64,000 nucleotides of DNA from a virus (Duplodnaviria; Caudoviricetes). The position numbers were made by a program, and so were the translations under genes. The stretch's first letter is position 1. Every line of letters starts with the position of its first letter. Below the pieces are notes generated by a model. The model saw only the letters and a list, made by a program, of their open reading frames with translations, did no database searches and was not told the origin of the DNA. Shown here piece by piece: positions 20,072-28,448 of the stretch. The stretch is from positions 1-64,000 of the IMG/VR virus record IMGVR_UViG_3300015608_005401. One strand, 5' to 3'.

Positions 20072-20389
20072 TTAAAGCGGAGCACCACCACCAACTCTAT
20101 AATGTGGTCCTTTAGATGCTTCTTTTTCCATCTCAGATGCTACTTCATTTGCAATTACCTTAGGATCGGCATCAGGATTTTCTTGAACTTTTTGAGCAAT
20201 TCTCTTATTAAGCTCATCTTTTTGTTCTTTTCTGTGTTTTCTATAAGCCGCTATAAATGGAAAGTTTAATGCCAAAGCACCAAGCACACCTGCTACAGCT
20301 TCCCAGTTAGCTACTAGCTCACCAGTACCGTCAAATCTACTTGATTGTAACCAATTTACAAACCCGTTATAGATATCTGTTAAAGCCAT
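20072..20389 (-). CDS. Hypothetical single-TM protein
   Basis: One hydrophobic helix followed by a charged tail. Confidence 0.55.
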   Translation of the reverse strand: MALTDIYNGFVNWLQSSRFDGTGELVANWEAVAGVLGALALNFPFIAAYRKHRKEQKDELNKRIAQKVQENPDADPKVIANEVASEMEKEASKGPHYRVGGGAPL

Positions 20390-20478
20390 GGATATGATAA
20401 TGATTCTATATGGTACTATAATTCGAATGGTTCCAAATTAACATTATTGTCACCATATAATGTATATAAGATAAAGTG

Positions 20479-20634
20479 ATGTGGATATTATATTACATAA
20501 TTATAAATATAACCATTGCTATTATTTTATTTTTAGGATTGAGGTTTTGTGACTTTATTCTAAGAAAATACCCTAAAAGTAAATTTTCTGAATTTTGTAG
20601 AAAAAATATAATTTCTGATGTTTATGATGAATAG
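20479..20634 (+). CDS. Small membrane protein (51 aa, not in the ORF track)
   Basis: MWILYYIIINITIAIILFLGLRFCDFILRKYPKSKFSEFCRKNIISDVYDE*. Confidence 0.45.
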   Translation: MWILYYIIINITIAIILFLGLRFCDFILRKYPKSKFSEFCRKNIISDVYDE

Positions 20635-21094
20635 GCTTGCTATATTAATATTTTTTTGTTATATTTGTATAACAAATCACTACGTCATGGCACAAACTCA
20701 CATTTACAAAGGTCGGTACAAAAACACATCAGATATTCTATACACCTGGGATGGTAAGCACCTTTACAGAGGTCGATTCACAAACACAAATGATATTCTT
20801 TATACATTTGATGGTAAGTATTTGTATAGAGGTCGATTCACAAACACAAATGATGTTCTTTATTCTGTATATGGTAATAATGTTTATCGTGGTAGGTATA
20901 ATGATTTATCATGCTTAGTTATCAACTTTGATAGAAATAATATATATGAGGGTAGATACAATAATCTATCTGATATTAAATTGACCCAAAAAAATAATTA
21001 TATTTATCCAAATAGATACAACAATCTATCAGAGATTATGTATAATACTGACGGTAATGTTCCTTTGTTCTTCTTTGGAACAATTATCAAATAA
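20618..21094 (+). CDS. Secreted 20-aa repeat protein
   Basis: Signal-like N-terminus ending VMA|Q; repeats YxGR[YF]xNxxD[IV]LY[TS]xDG. Confidence 0.75.
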   Translation: MFMMNRLAILIFFCYICITNHYVMAQTHIYKGRYKNTSDILYTWDGKHLYRGRFTNTNDILYTFDGKYLYRGRFTNTNDVLYSVYGNNVYRGRYNDLSCLVINFDRNNIYEGRYNNLSDIKLTQKNNYIYPNRYNNLSEIMYNTDGNVPLFFFGTIIK

Positions 21095-21184
21095 GGAGGT
21101 TTGGCAGAGCGGTCGAATGCGGCAGTCTTGAAAACTGCTTTACTCGTGAGGGTAACCGGGGTTCGAATCCCTGAGCCTCCGCCA
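21095..21184 (+). tRNA. tRNA-Ser(UGA)
   Basis: GGAGGTT/AGCCTCC acceptor, GCAGT-CTTGAAA-ACTGC arm, long variable arm, GGTTCGAATCC, CCA end. Confidence 0.92.
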
Positions 21185-21186
21185 AT

Positions 21187-21302
21187 ACAAGAGTGGCGGA
21201 AACAAACATTTTGCTAGTGAAGTGTTAATAGTAGACGTGACCTGATTAAAGGGTTGATTGATAGGTAACTAAATCGTGTTGGTGCGAGTCCAGCCTCTTG
21301 TA
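21187..21302 (+). tRNA. Atypical tRNA-Leu-like RNA with a D-loop insertion and an aberrant anticodon loop
   Basis: ACAAGAG/CTCTTGT acceptor, TGGCGGAA...GTAGACG Leu-type D arm, long variable arm, GTTGG-TGCGAGT-CCAGC T arm, discriminator A. Confidence 0.6.
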
Positions 21303-21303
21303 C

Positions 21304-21335
21304 AAAAAAACCCACTCAATGAGTGGGTTTTTTTA
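21304..21335. terminator. Bidirectional intrinsic terminator
   Basis: aaaaaaaCCCACTC-aat-GAGTGGGttttttt; near-identical to the one at 60578. Confidence 0.85.
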
Positions 21336-22592
21336 TTAATATGGTTCTATTGTATTCATATTATAAAGTACATTTGTAGAGGAACCTGCAAAAACATTCC
21401 ATGCTGAGAATCCAACAGTTTGTCCGCTAGGTCTATTACCTTTTGATATAACATCAAGTCCTAAAAATAGATTATCACTAACAGTGGATGAATAAGCATT
21501 CCAAAGTGTTTCAACCGCACTTCCTGCACCTGTGTGGAGATATAACCCATCTAATAATATAGAACCACTCCAATCACCTACTTCAAGTAATGGATCTGTG
21601 AGTATAAAATGAGCATGTCTATCACTTTTTTCTAAGTTAAGAGAAGTTCTATGTATTCTCATTCTAGCTGAGTCATTTATTGATAAGCTGTCAAAGATTA
21701 AGAACGACTCATCACCAATATTAACAGTTGGATTAGGATTCCAAGTATTAGTCATTGATAAATAGCTGTTTGTCATGAACAATCTACAAGATGACATTTT
21801 AATCATTAGTTGTCTATAATCCTGACAGTTATTAATGAATGATATAGTAGAGTTATTTATAGTAAGTTTTGTATTTATAATATCTATTATACTAAGAACA
21901 TTAGGACCTTCTTGTTGTTGAGGTTGAGTCTGAGTACTGTTTATTTTTACATTATCTATATTAATATTATGTGCCTCGGAAATAATAGACTTTATAAATG
22001 TGAAATTTGTAACTATTAGTGATGATTCTTTACCTGTGCTGGATAATCTAAAAGTAGAGTTATTATTCATCGTTATTATAGGAGTATCATTAGTTGATGA
22101 AATTCTCCATTCTACTCCATTCTCAAGATGTAATGAAACTTTTGATGCTGCGCCAGACACTCCCAGCGTTATAGTGGTTCCATAAATATTTTCATCATAA
22201 TAACCAGACCAAACATGAACTGTGTAGCGTGTACCATCAACACTGGATAAATTTGCAGCATCTTGTAATGCGTTTTTAATATTACGCCAAGGCTTAAATA
22301 AATTACCAAGCTCAGCTGTAGTATCATTACCCTTTATATCAACAAATAGTGTTTGTGAGTAAGTTAGACCTACACCACCGCCTCCACCACCACTAATAGT
22401 TACATCAGCTGTTGTACCAGAAGCAACAACAGTTGCTCCAGATACAAAATTAATATTACTAACACCAGTTACAACTACAGAGCCTGATGTTGAAACATCT
22501 ACAGAGTAACCTGATGTTCCACTTGATCCAGAAGATCCTGATGTTCCACTTGATCCAGAAGATCCTGATGTTCCACTTGATCCAGAAGTCAT
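21336..22592 (-). CDS. Tail-fibre-like protein with SSGTSG linker and beta-helix-like domain; 5' end missing
   Basis: Begins inside GSSGTS repeats; LFVD..GNDTTA.LGN.FKPW..I..AL parallel beta-helix start. Confidence 0.65.
   Translation of the reverse strand: MTSGSSGTSGSSGSSGTSGSSGSSGTSGYSVDVSTSGSVVVTGVSNINFVSGATVVASGTTADVTISGGGGGGVGLTYSQTLFVDIKGNDTTAELGNLFKPWRNIKNALQDAANLSSVDGTRYTVHVWSGYYDENIYGTTITLGVSGAASKVSLHLENGVEWRISSTNDTPIITMNNNSTFRLSSTGKESSLIVTNFTFIKSIISEAHNINIDNVKINSTQTQPQQQEGPNVLSIIDIINTKLTINNSTISFINNCQDYRQLMIKMSSCRLFMTNSYLSMTNTWNPNPTVNIGDESFLIFDSLSINDSARMRIHRTSLNLEKSDRHAHFILTDPLLEVGDWSGSILLDGLYLHTGAGSAVETLWNAYSSTVSDNLFLGLDVISKGNRPSGQTVGFSAWNVFAGSSTNVLYNMNTIEPY
22505..22590 (-). repeat. 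27-bp tandem coding repeat (Ser/Gly/Thr)
   Basis: cctgatgttccacttgatccagaagat occurs about three times. Confidence 0.85.
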
Positions 22593-22978
22593 TTGATAGT
22601 ATTAGAAAAAGATGGGATGGCGTTTTGATATTTTTACATATTGAAGAGTGTACTCAAGAAGGTCTTTTCTTTTTAGCAAGATGTATGGATAAAAGATATT
22701 GGGAACACGGTAATAAATGGAGAATTGAATTATCAGTTGGTGATGTAGAACACATGAACGGTGATAGACCAATAAATTATAATTTATTTAGAGCATTTCA
22801 AGAAGGTGATAATGAACAAGTTATTATGGATGAGTTTAAATCATTATTTGATAATATGATGCACCATTTTAATCATGATAACTTTATGACGCACTACAAT
22901 ATGAATAGAAAAGAATATCATCTTGTTGATGAAACAGCATTTGATAGAAGAGTTAAATTAGAAAAATTAGGATTATGA
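22590..22978 (+). pseudogene. 3' portion of a C-terminal-motif family gene lacking its start
   Basis: Plausible sequence only from SFDSIRKRW; the upstream part of track ORF 22487 is the antisense shadow of the repeat; ends RRVKLEKLGL. Confidence 0.6.
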
Positions 22979-23138
22979 GAAACTTTATTACAGCCCTTAT
23001 TTTAATTGTTGTTGGACAATCATTGGCTTACTTACAACTACAAAGTCAATTCTTTTGGACGTGGGCTAAGAACCATCCTTTATTAATGTCGATGTACCTG
23101 TTGAAGACGTTTCTGTCCAAAAGAAAGGTAAGAAGTAA
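22975..23138 (+). pseudogene. Chimera: membrane-protein 5' end fused near 23090 to the 3' end of another gene
   Basis: MRNFITALILIVVGQSLAYLQLQSQFFWTWAKNHPLLMS, then out-of-frame DVPVEDVSVQKKGKK* followed by a terminator. Confidence 0.5.
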
Positions 23139-23151
23139 TCACACTTCTATT

Positions 23152-23190
23152 AAAAGAAACCCTTTGATTAATTTCAAAGGGTTTTTTGTT
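23152..23190 (+). terminator. Intrinsic terminator
   Basis: AAACCCTTTGA-ttaatt-TCAAAGGGTTTtttgtt. Confidence 0.75.
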
Positions 23191-23217
23191 TTAAAAATAT
23201 TTGTGTATATTTGTGAA

Positions 23218-23441
23218 ATGAAAACTACTAAAGGAGATATTTTAATTTGTTCAACCGGTTAGAACAAAATCTTATAGTAGGTGATAAGTATAAAGTATTA
23301 GATGTAATTGAAATGGCTGAGAAAGTTATTTTAGATTTAATACACATAGATACTAATTGTAGAGTTGGTTTATTTGATGATAAGTGCTTTATACCATTAG
23401 ATGTTTATCGTGAATTTCAACTAAGAAAGATATTAGAATAA
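23218..23441 (+). CDS. Hypothetical protein with an apparent 1-nt deletion near 23260
   Basis: MKTTKGDILICSTG joins LEQNLIVGDKY if ggttag is read as ggtttag; ends REFQLRKILE. Confidence 0.55.
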
Positions 23442-23977
23442 TGTTAAAAGGAAAAGACATATTTACATTTGTAAGATTTGGTGGTCTTGACTTGAAGAAC
23501 CAAAAAGGTTTTTCTCAAGATCCTGAGACTTATCATCAACCACCAGCTTCTCGTGGCTTTTATGCTATGCCTAAAATTGCTCAAGAGTTCTTTTTAGTTG
23601 GTTCTTTGAGTTCCACTCAACCAGGAGTTTTTGCAAAAGCCGGTGATAATGTAAAAAATAAAAAAGTAGAAGATCCAAACTATTGGAGAAATAAACTTCG
23701 TCAAATCCGTAAAGAATTTAGAAAAACTGATGGTGAAATCTGGCATCATCTTGAAGAATATACTGATATCAAAGATATTCTACAAAGACACGGCTCTTGG
23801 GTAAAAACTGATATTAAAGTTTGGGCCAAAGCCTTTTCTAAAATGTCTACTATCATGAGATATGGTAGAGCCAAATATGATTTAGATAGTGGCATTGATA
23901 AACCAGGTGATGGTAAAGGTGTTGTTGGTTGGTATTCTAAAGACCACTGTGAAGTATTTTTTGATGAAAAAGTTTAA
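23441..23977 (+). CDS. Hypothetical phage protein
   Basis: 178-aa coupled ORF. Confidence 0.7.
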   Translation: MLKGKDIFTFVRFGGLDLKNQKGFSQDPETYHQPPASRGFYAMPKIAQEFFLVGSLSSTQPGVFAKAGDNVKNKKVEDPNYWRNKLRQIRKEFRKTDGEIWHHLEEYTDIKDILQRHGSWVKTDIKVWAKAFSKMSTIMRYGRAKYDLDSGIDKPGDGKGVVGWYSKDHCEVFFDEKV

Positions 23978-23979
23978 TT

Positions 23980-24726
23980 ATGTTGTACGATAAAATATAT
24001 GACTTCTGTAAAGTAAGAAACTTTGGTAGTGTTTATTCAAATTCAGATAAACCAACACCGCGAGTTCAATTTCTTATGCAACTTTTAGAATCAGAAAGTA
24101 TTGATTATGAACTTGATACTTATCAATCAAGAGGTACAACTTGTTTTAATCTTATATTAAAAGGTACATCTAATAGAATGGTTGTTGCACATCACGATAT
24201 TAGTAATCCACATATTGATAATGCTAATGACAACTCAGCATCTGTTATTAATGCTATTTCTATTAAGAAATTAATGCCTGAAATGAATATTGTTCTTTTA
24301 GATGGTGAAGAATGTGGTGGTTTAGGCTCTCAAAGAGTCTCAGATCAAATTAATAATGGTTATTTTGGTAAAATTGACTGGGTTCTTAATTTAGAATTAA
24401 CTGGTCGTGGTGGAAAGTATTTCTTTATTGGTAACTATCCTGGTAAATTATCAGACCATATCAAATCAATCTTTGATTGTCCTATTACAAATACTCCTTA
24501 TAATGATTCCATTACCTTTAGAAAGAACGGAATTGATTCTTGTGTTATTAATCCTATTCCACCTTTGAATGAAGGTAAAAAGTCTCAAGTTAAATGGGAT
24601 GATAATACCTACTTAGATTATTCCATGTTATATAACTGTCACTCTTCTAAAGATACTATTGAGACTATTAGTGTGAGTGATATGAAAGAGTTTGTTGAAG
24701 ATGTTGTGTTGAAAATACTGGCATAA
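23980..24726 (+). CDS. M28-family metallopeptidase
   Basis: VVAHHD, ANDNSAS, DGEE, LNLELTG and C-terminal HSSKD. Confidence 0.8.
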   Translation: MLYDKIYDFCKVRNFGSVYSNSDKPTPRVQFLMQLLESESIDYELDTYQSRGTTCFNLILKGTSNRMVVAHHDISNPHIDNANDNSASVINAISIKKLMPEMNIVLLDGEECGGLGSQRVSDQINNGYFGKIDWVLNLELTGRGGKYFFIGNYPGKLSDHIKSIFDCPITNTPYNDSITFRKNGIDSCVINPIPPLNEGKKSQVKWDDNTYLDYSMLYNCHSSKDTIETISVSDMKEFVEDVVLKILA

Positions 24727-24764
24727 AAAATTAATATATACTGATATAAAATTCAGTTGTATTA

Positions 24765-25238
24765 ATGAAACATTTACAAACATTCGAGGGATATAATATT
24801 AGAAATCCTTACATAGATAAGAGAGTTCAATCTAGTAGAGCTCCTCAAGAAATCGCCTATCTTAAAGAACCTGTTGAAATTAGAATTGATGTTGAGAAGG
24901 TAACACATGCTGGTGATAGACAATTCAGACACGGTCTTGATGAAAAAATAACAAATGATGATATTGTTGAAACAGTTGAGTTAGCAATTGAAGAATTGAC
25001 TATTGCTTTAATGCAAGATAAATTTAATATTTATCAAGAAGAAGATAACTATCCTACAAAAGGTGTAAGAGCCGGTGAGCCAAATAGATTTGTAATTAAG
25101 AATAAAACAAATGATTTGAATGTTGTTTGTCAATTAACACCAGGTGATAATGAGTTCAAATTAACCGTTATTACTGTTATGAAAAAGGCAGACTTTAGAG
25201 CTTATCAAGGGCAATATGTAATTGAAGTTCAATCGTAA
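24765..25238 (+). CDS. MKHLQTFE-type protein, possible small RNase-like fold
   Basis: N-terminal motif; THAGDRQFRHG and LTVITVM. Confidence 0.6.
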   Translation: MKHLQTFEGYNIRNPYIDKRVQSSRAPQEIAYLKEPVEIRIDVEKVTHAGDRQFRHGLDEKITNDDIVETVELAIEELTIALMQDKFNIYQEEDNYPTKGVRAGEPNRFVIKNKTNDLNVVCQLTPGDNEFKLTVITVMKKADFRAYQGQYVIEVQS

Positions 25239-25609
25239 TGAAACATTTAAGAAAGTTTAATGAGTCTAAGGAAGAGATAAACGAGCAGATTATTAAAGAC
25301 TGTTTTTCTCACACCTTTGATTTATCCGAATCATTTGATATAAGTGATGCCTATTTTAATGTTATGAGAAAGAGAGATTGGGCAAGTAATGATTTTAGCA
25401 ATGACCACACTGCATGTGATTTAGGATTTGATATTTCTATAGATCATAAATTTTATGATAAAACAGATATGTCTGACTTTGAAAAATATGTTGAAATGAT
25501 AAATCAATTATTAGAAGATGTTAAAAGATTTACCGAGTTATACTCACCTAAGGATATTTTCTTTGAAGAAGGTGGTAATTCAGAAATACATATATTAATA
25601 CAACCATGA
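25238..25609 (+). CDS. MKHLRKFNES-type hypothetical protein
   Basis: N-terminal motif; coupled ORF. Confidence 0.7.
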   Translation: MKHLRKFNESKEEINEQIIKDCFSHTFDLSESFDISDAYFNVMRKRDWASNDFSNDHTACDLGFDISIDHKFYDKTDMSDFEKYVEMINQLLEDVKRFTELYSPKDIFFEEGGNSEIHILIQP

Positions 25610-26082
25610 AACACTTAAATAGATTTAACGAAAACTGGGTTCCAGATGAAAGCAGATTACAAAAAGATTTCACAGAAGATGACAAGAAATTCTTTGATAG
25701 TGTATTTGCTGAATTCATAGATATGGGTGCTACTTCTGAACTATATGATAGTGAGGTAACACATTTTCAAGGTGGTGGATCTAACGCAAGCTATAAACAA
25801 AAAGTCAAAAGGTACAGAATATTTCTTAATTTGGCTAATATGACTTCTAAAAAACATAGTCCTTCACGAATAATAGATTTAGTTAAATATACAACTGAAT
25901 TAAATGAATTGGTATTAGAAGTTCAATCATGTTTTAATAAGATAAAAGAAGAAGAAGATTATAAATATATTGGTAGTCATACACATACTAATAAAGAATC
26001 AAAAGTTCGTTTGCACTATGGTGGATATGATGAAGGTGACGTACCTGATAGATTTAATATAGTATTAGAATTATATAGATAA
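25606..26082 (+). CDS. MKHLNRFNEN-type hypothetical protein
   Basis: N-terminal motif; coupled ORF. Confidence 0.7.
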   Translation: MKHLNRFNENWVPDESRLQKDFTEDDKKFFDSVFAEFIDMGATSELYDSEVTHFQGGGSNASYKQKVKRYRIFLNLANMTSKKHSPSRIIDLVKYTTELNELVLEVQSCFNKIKEEEDYKYIGSHTHTNKESKVRLHYGGYDEGDVPDRFNIVLELYR

Positions 26083-26119
26083 AAAAAGCCTCAGATTAAT
26101 CTGAGGCTTTTCTTTTTTT
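26083..26119. terminator. Bidirectional intrinsic terminator
   Basis: aaaaaAGCCTCAGA-ttaa-TCTGAGGCTtttcttttt. Confidence 0.8.
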
Positions 26120-26134
26120 CTGGTAGAATCAATC

Positions 26135-27262
26135 TTAACCAACCGTTAAGAAGATTTTACGAGACATTCTATCCACTGATAAAACCTTCACTTTAATTGC
26201 CTGACCAGCACTGAATTTTTTACCAAGTTTCTCCATTTCTGAAGTGTGGATAAGACCAACAGTTTCATCATCAAGATTAACTAATGTTCCGAATGCTTTC
26301 ACATCCTTAACAGTACCTTCGATAATTTGACCGTTTTTGATTGTGTCCCAAAGAGTCTCACGAAGGATTTGAGTCAAGATAATTTTATCTTTAATCACAT
26401 CCTTAATGTAGAACTCGATTTGGAATCCTGGTGAAATTGTTGTCAATTTCTCAGCCCACTCAGGATTAACGTTTGCTTTGTGAATCATTCCAGTCAAGCA
26501 TTCGTTGAACTCCACGAACACACCAAATGGTGTAGTTCCTGTAACGTGACCGCTGTAGATTTTTCCATACTCTAATTCCTTAATTGCTTCAGGGATAAGA
26601 GTTTGAAGATATTTACGGCGAGAAACGATGTAGGTTCCTTCTTGTTGAGCATAAGATTCAATCATAACATTGAATGTTTGTCCAACAATAGAATTTGGAT
26701 CGTGTAGTTTGTTGATACCGGCAAGTGTGTTAGGCATAAATCCTGGTAAAGTAACTCCACCGTGACTCAATTCAACATCATAACCAGCTGGGTTAAGACT
26801 CTTAACTGTAACCATAACTGGTAGAGAAGTGCGTTTGCCTTTCTTATCACATTCACCTTCAACAAGTGCTTTAAGTTTGGCATGTGCTCTTGATTCGTAA
26901 AGAGAAGAAACACTTCCTTTAATCATAAAAGCATCTTGATTTACTTCAGTGATTAGCACATCAATCATATCACCCATGTTTAGGTTCTTGAAGTACTTTG
27001 ATTCACTAACTCTATCATCTACACGAACATCGTCTTTATATCCTGGAACACTAAATATAAATTGGCCTGCTGACTTACCAACATATTTAGCTGAGATAAC
27101 TTGTCCTTCTTCAGGGATAGCAATTTCTTCAAGTCTATAAAGTTTTAACATTTCTTGGTACTCTTTACTGTTCTTGTTTCGAGAACCTTTTCGAGAAAAC
27201 TCGACTTCGCTAAAGATGTCAATTAGTTCCTCATTTCCGATTGTGTTTTTTATCATATTCAT
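26135..27262 (-). CDS. rpsA: Ribosomal protein S1-like multi-S1-domain protein
   Basis: Repeated S1 motifs: GKIYSGHVTGTTPFGVFVEF..GMIH and GQIIEGTVKDVKAFGTLVNL..GLIHTSE. Confidence 0.8.
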   Translation of the reverse strand: MNMIKNTIGNEELIDIFSEVEFSRKGSRNKNSKEYQEMLKLYRLEEIAIPEEGQVISAKYVGKSAGQFIFSVPGYKDDVRVDDRVSESKYFKNLNMGDMIDVLITEVNQDAFMIKGSVSSLYESRAHAKLKALVEGECDKKGKRTSLPVMVTVKSLNPAGYDVELSHGGVTLPGFMPNTLAGINKLHDPNSIVGQTFNVMIESYAQQEGTYIVSRRKYLQTLIPEAIKELEYGKIYSGHVTGTTPFGVFVEFNECLTGMIHKANVNPEWAEKLTTISPGFQIEFYIKDVIKDKIILTQILRETLWDTIKNGQIIEGTVKDVKAFGTLVNLDDETVGLIHTSEMEKLGKKFSAGQAIKVKVLSVDRMSRKIFLTVG

Positions 27263-27319
27263 ATTTTTTAATAGTTACAAAGTAATATATTCTTTCCGAG
27301 TTTAATTGTTTAGTTCAAA

Positions 27320-27727
27320 TTAAAAATTTCTTTTAATGTTATTTCTATTCATATAATCACGAACTCTTGCCGCTTCTTCATACTTTTCTTTTTTGATTAA
27401 GTCGTCAAGTTTTATATTTAATTCTTTTGTGATTTCTTCTATACTTTTTTCTTTAGAAAGTTGTTTTATATCATCAATAAAAGAATTATAAAAATTCTCC
27501 ATTTGAGATATATCTAAGAAATACACAGGTACAGGAACGGGAAGTAATTTCTGTTCAGATTTTTCTCCCTCATTTAATTCCTTTAGTCTATCACTATGTT
27601 TTAGTTTTTTTATAAACTCATCAGTTAGTGCTGAGTTTTCAACTAAGTATTTTGCCAAATGGTAAGGTCGATTTTTAAACATCTTTAACAGTATCACTAA
27701 ACTGCGATATAGCTCTTCGTTTTCCAT
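27320..27727 (-). CDS. Protein with C-terminal UVR (UvrB/C) domain
   Basis: ELNIKLDDLIKKEKYEEAARVRD. Confidence 0.75.
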   Translation of the reverse strand: MENEELYRSLVILLKMFKNRPYHLAKYLVENSALTDEFIKKLKHSDRLKELNEGEKSEQKLLPVPVPVYFLDISQMENFYNSFIDDIKQLSKEKSIEEITKELNIKLDDLIKKEKYEEAARVRDYMNRNNIKRNF

Positions 27728-27757
27728 AAGTATTTTATTTAATATTAGATAAGTTGT

Positions 27758-28447
27758 TTAGATTTTCTCAAACAAAATATTAAAATAGTAGTCAAAGTTA
27801 TATTGACTTGTAGGTTTTTCTTGTGTAAATAATAATTTAACTTTAGAATCATCAAATGATAAATCAACTTGTTTTTTCTTAAAAAGATTAATATCTGATA
27901 CTATATTAGGATTCCAAGTATTTTTGTATCTTAATACATTTTGACTTCTTAGGTCTTTATAAGATATATAAAGGTCTAATCTGCTGAATTTATATCTATT
28001 AATAACATTACTATCAATATATCTTCTGATAGCGGTGTCAATATCATTTGTTTTTGTCATAGGATTTAAAATCCCTTCAAATGTTCTATATCTTTTTAGT
28101 ACTGCAAAAAGATAATCACTTAATATACTCTTTAGATCTACATCTATTATCCATTTGGCGTTAGATTCTTTTTGATAGTTTAATTGAGACTCATCTAAAT
28201 ATAACTTTTGATAACCATTTAGACTATCTGATGAAGAATATACCTTTGTCGGTAGTGATGACTCAATAGCCAAATCTACTTGTTCGCCCGTAGCTCTTTG
28301 ATAGTATATTATATTTTGATTAGATATGTATATGCTATCCTCAATTTCAAGCATTTTAGCACTGAAGAAATTACTTTCCTCGACCATATTAAATGTGCCG
28401 TATATAGGTGTGTTGTTATACTCTGGTGACATGTAACTTCTTCTCAT
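27758..28447 (-). CDS. Hypothetical, probably structural, protein
   Basis: Co-transcribed with two giant ORFs. Confidence 0.65.
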   Translation of the reverse strand: MRRSYMSPEYNNTPIYGTFNMVEESNFFSAKMLEIEDSIYISNQNIIYYQRATGEQVDLAIESSLPTKVYSSSDSLNGYQKLYLDESQLNYQKESNAKWIIDVDLKSILSDYLFAVLKRYRTFEGILNPMTKTNDIDTAIRRYIDSNVINRYKFSRLDLYISYKDLRSQNVLRYKNTWNPNIVSDINLFKKKQVDLSFDDSKVKLLFTQEKPTSQYNFDYYFNILFEKI

Positions 28448-28448
28448 A

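Noticed and set aside
21187-21302. Functional ochre suppressor tRNA
   Set aside because: G32/A33 instead of Y32/U33, and TAA is the main stop codon in the window; kept only as an atypical tRNA-like finding.
22487-22590. CRISPR-like or peptide-repeat reading (MFHLIQKIL x3) of the 27-bp repeats
   Set aside because: Head-to-tail repeats without spacers; they encode Ser/Gly/Thr linkers on the opposite strand.
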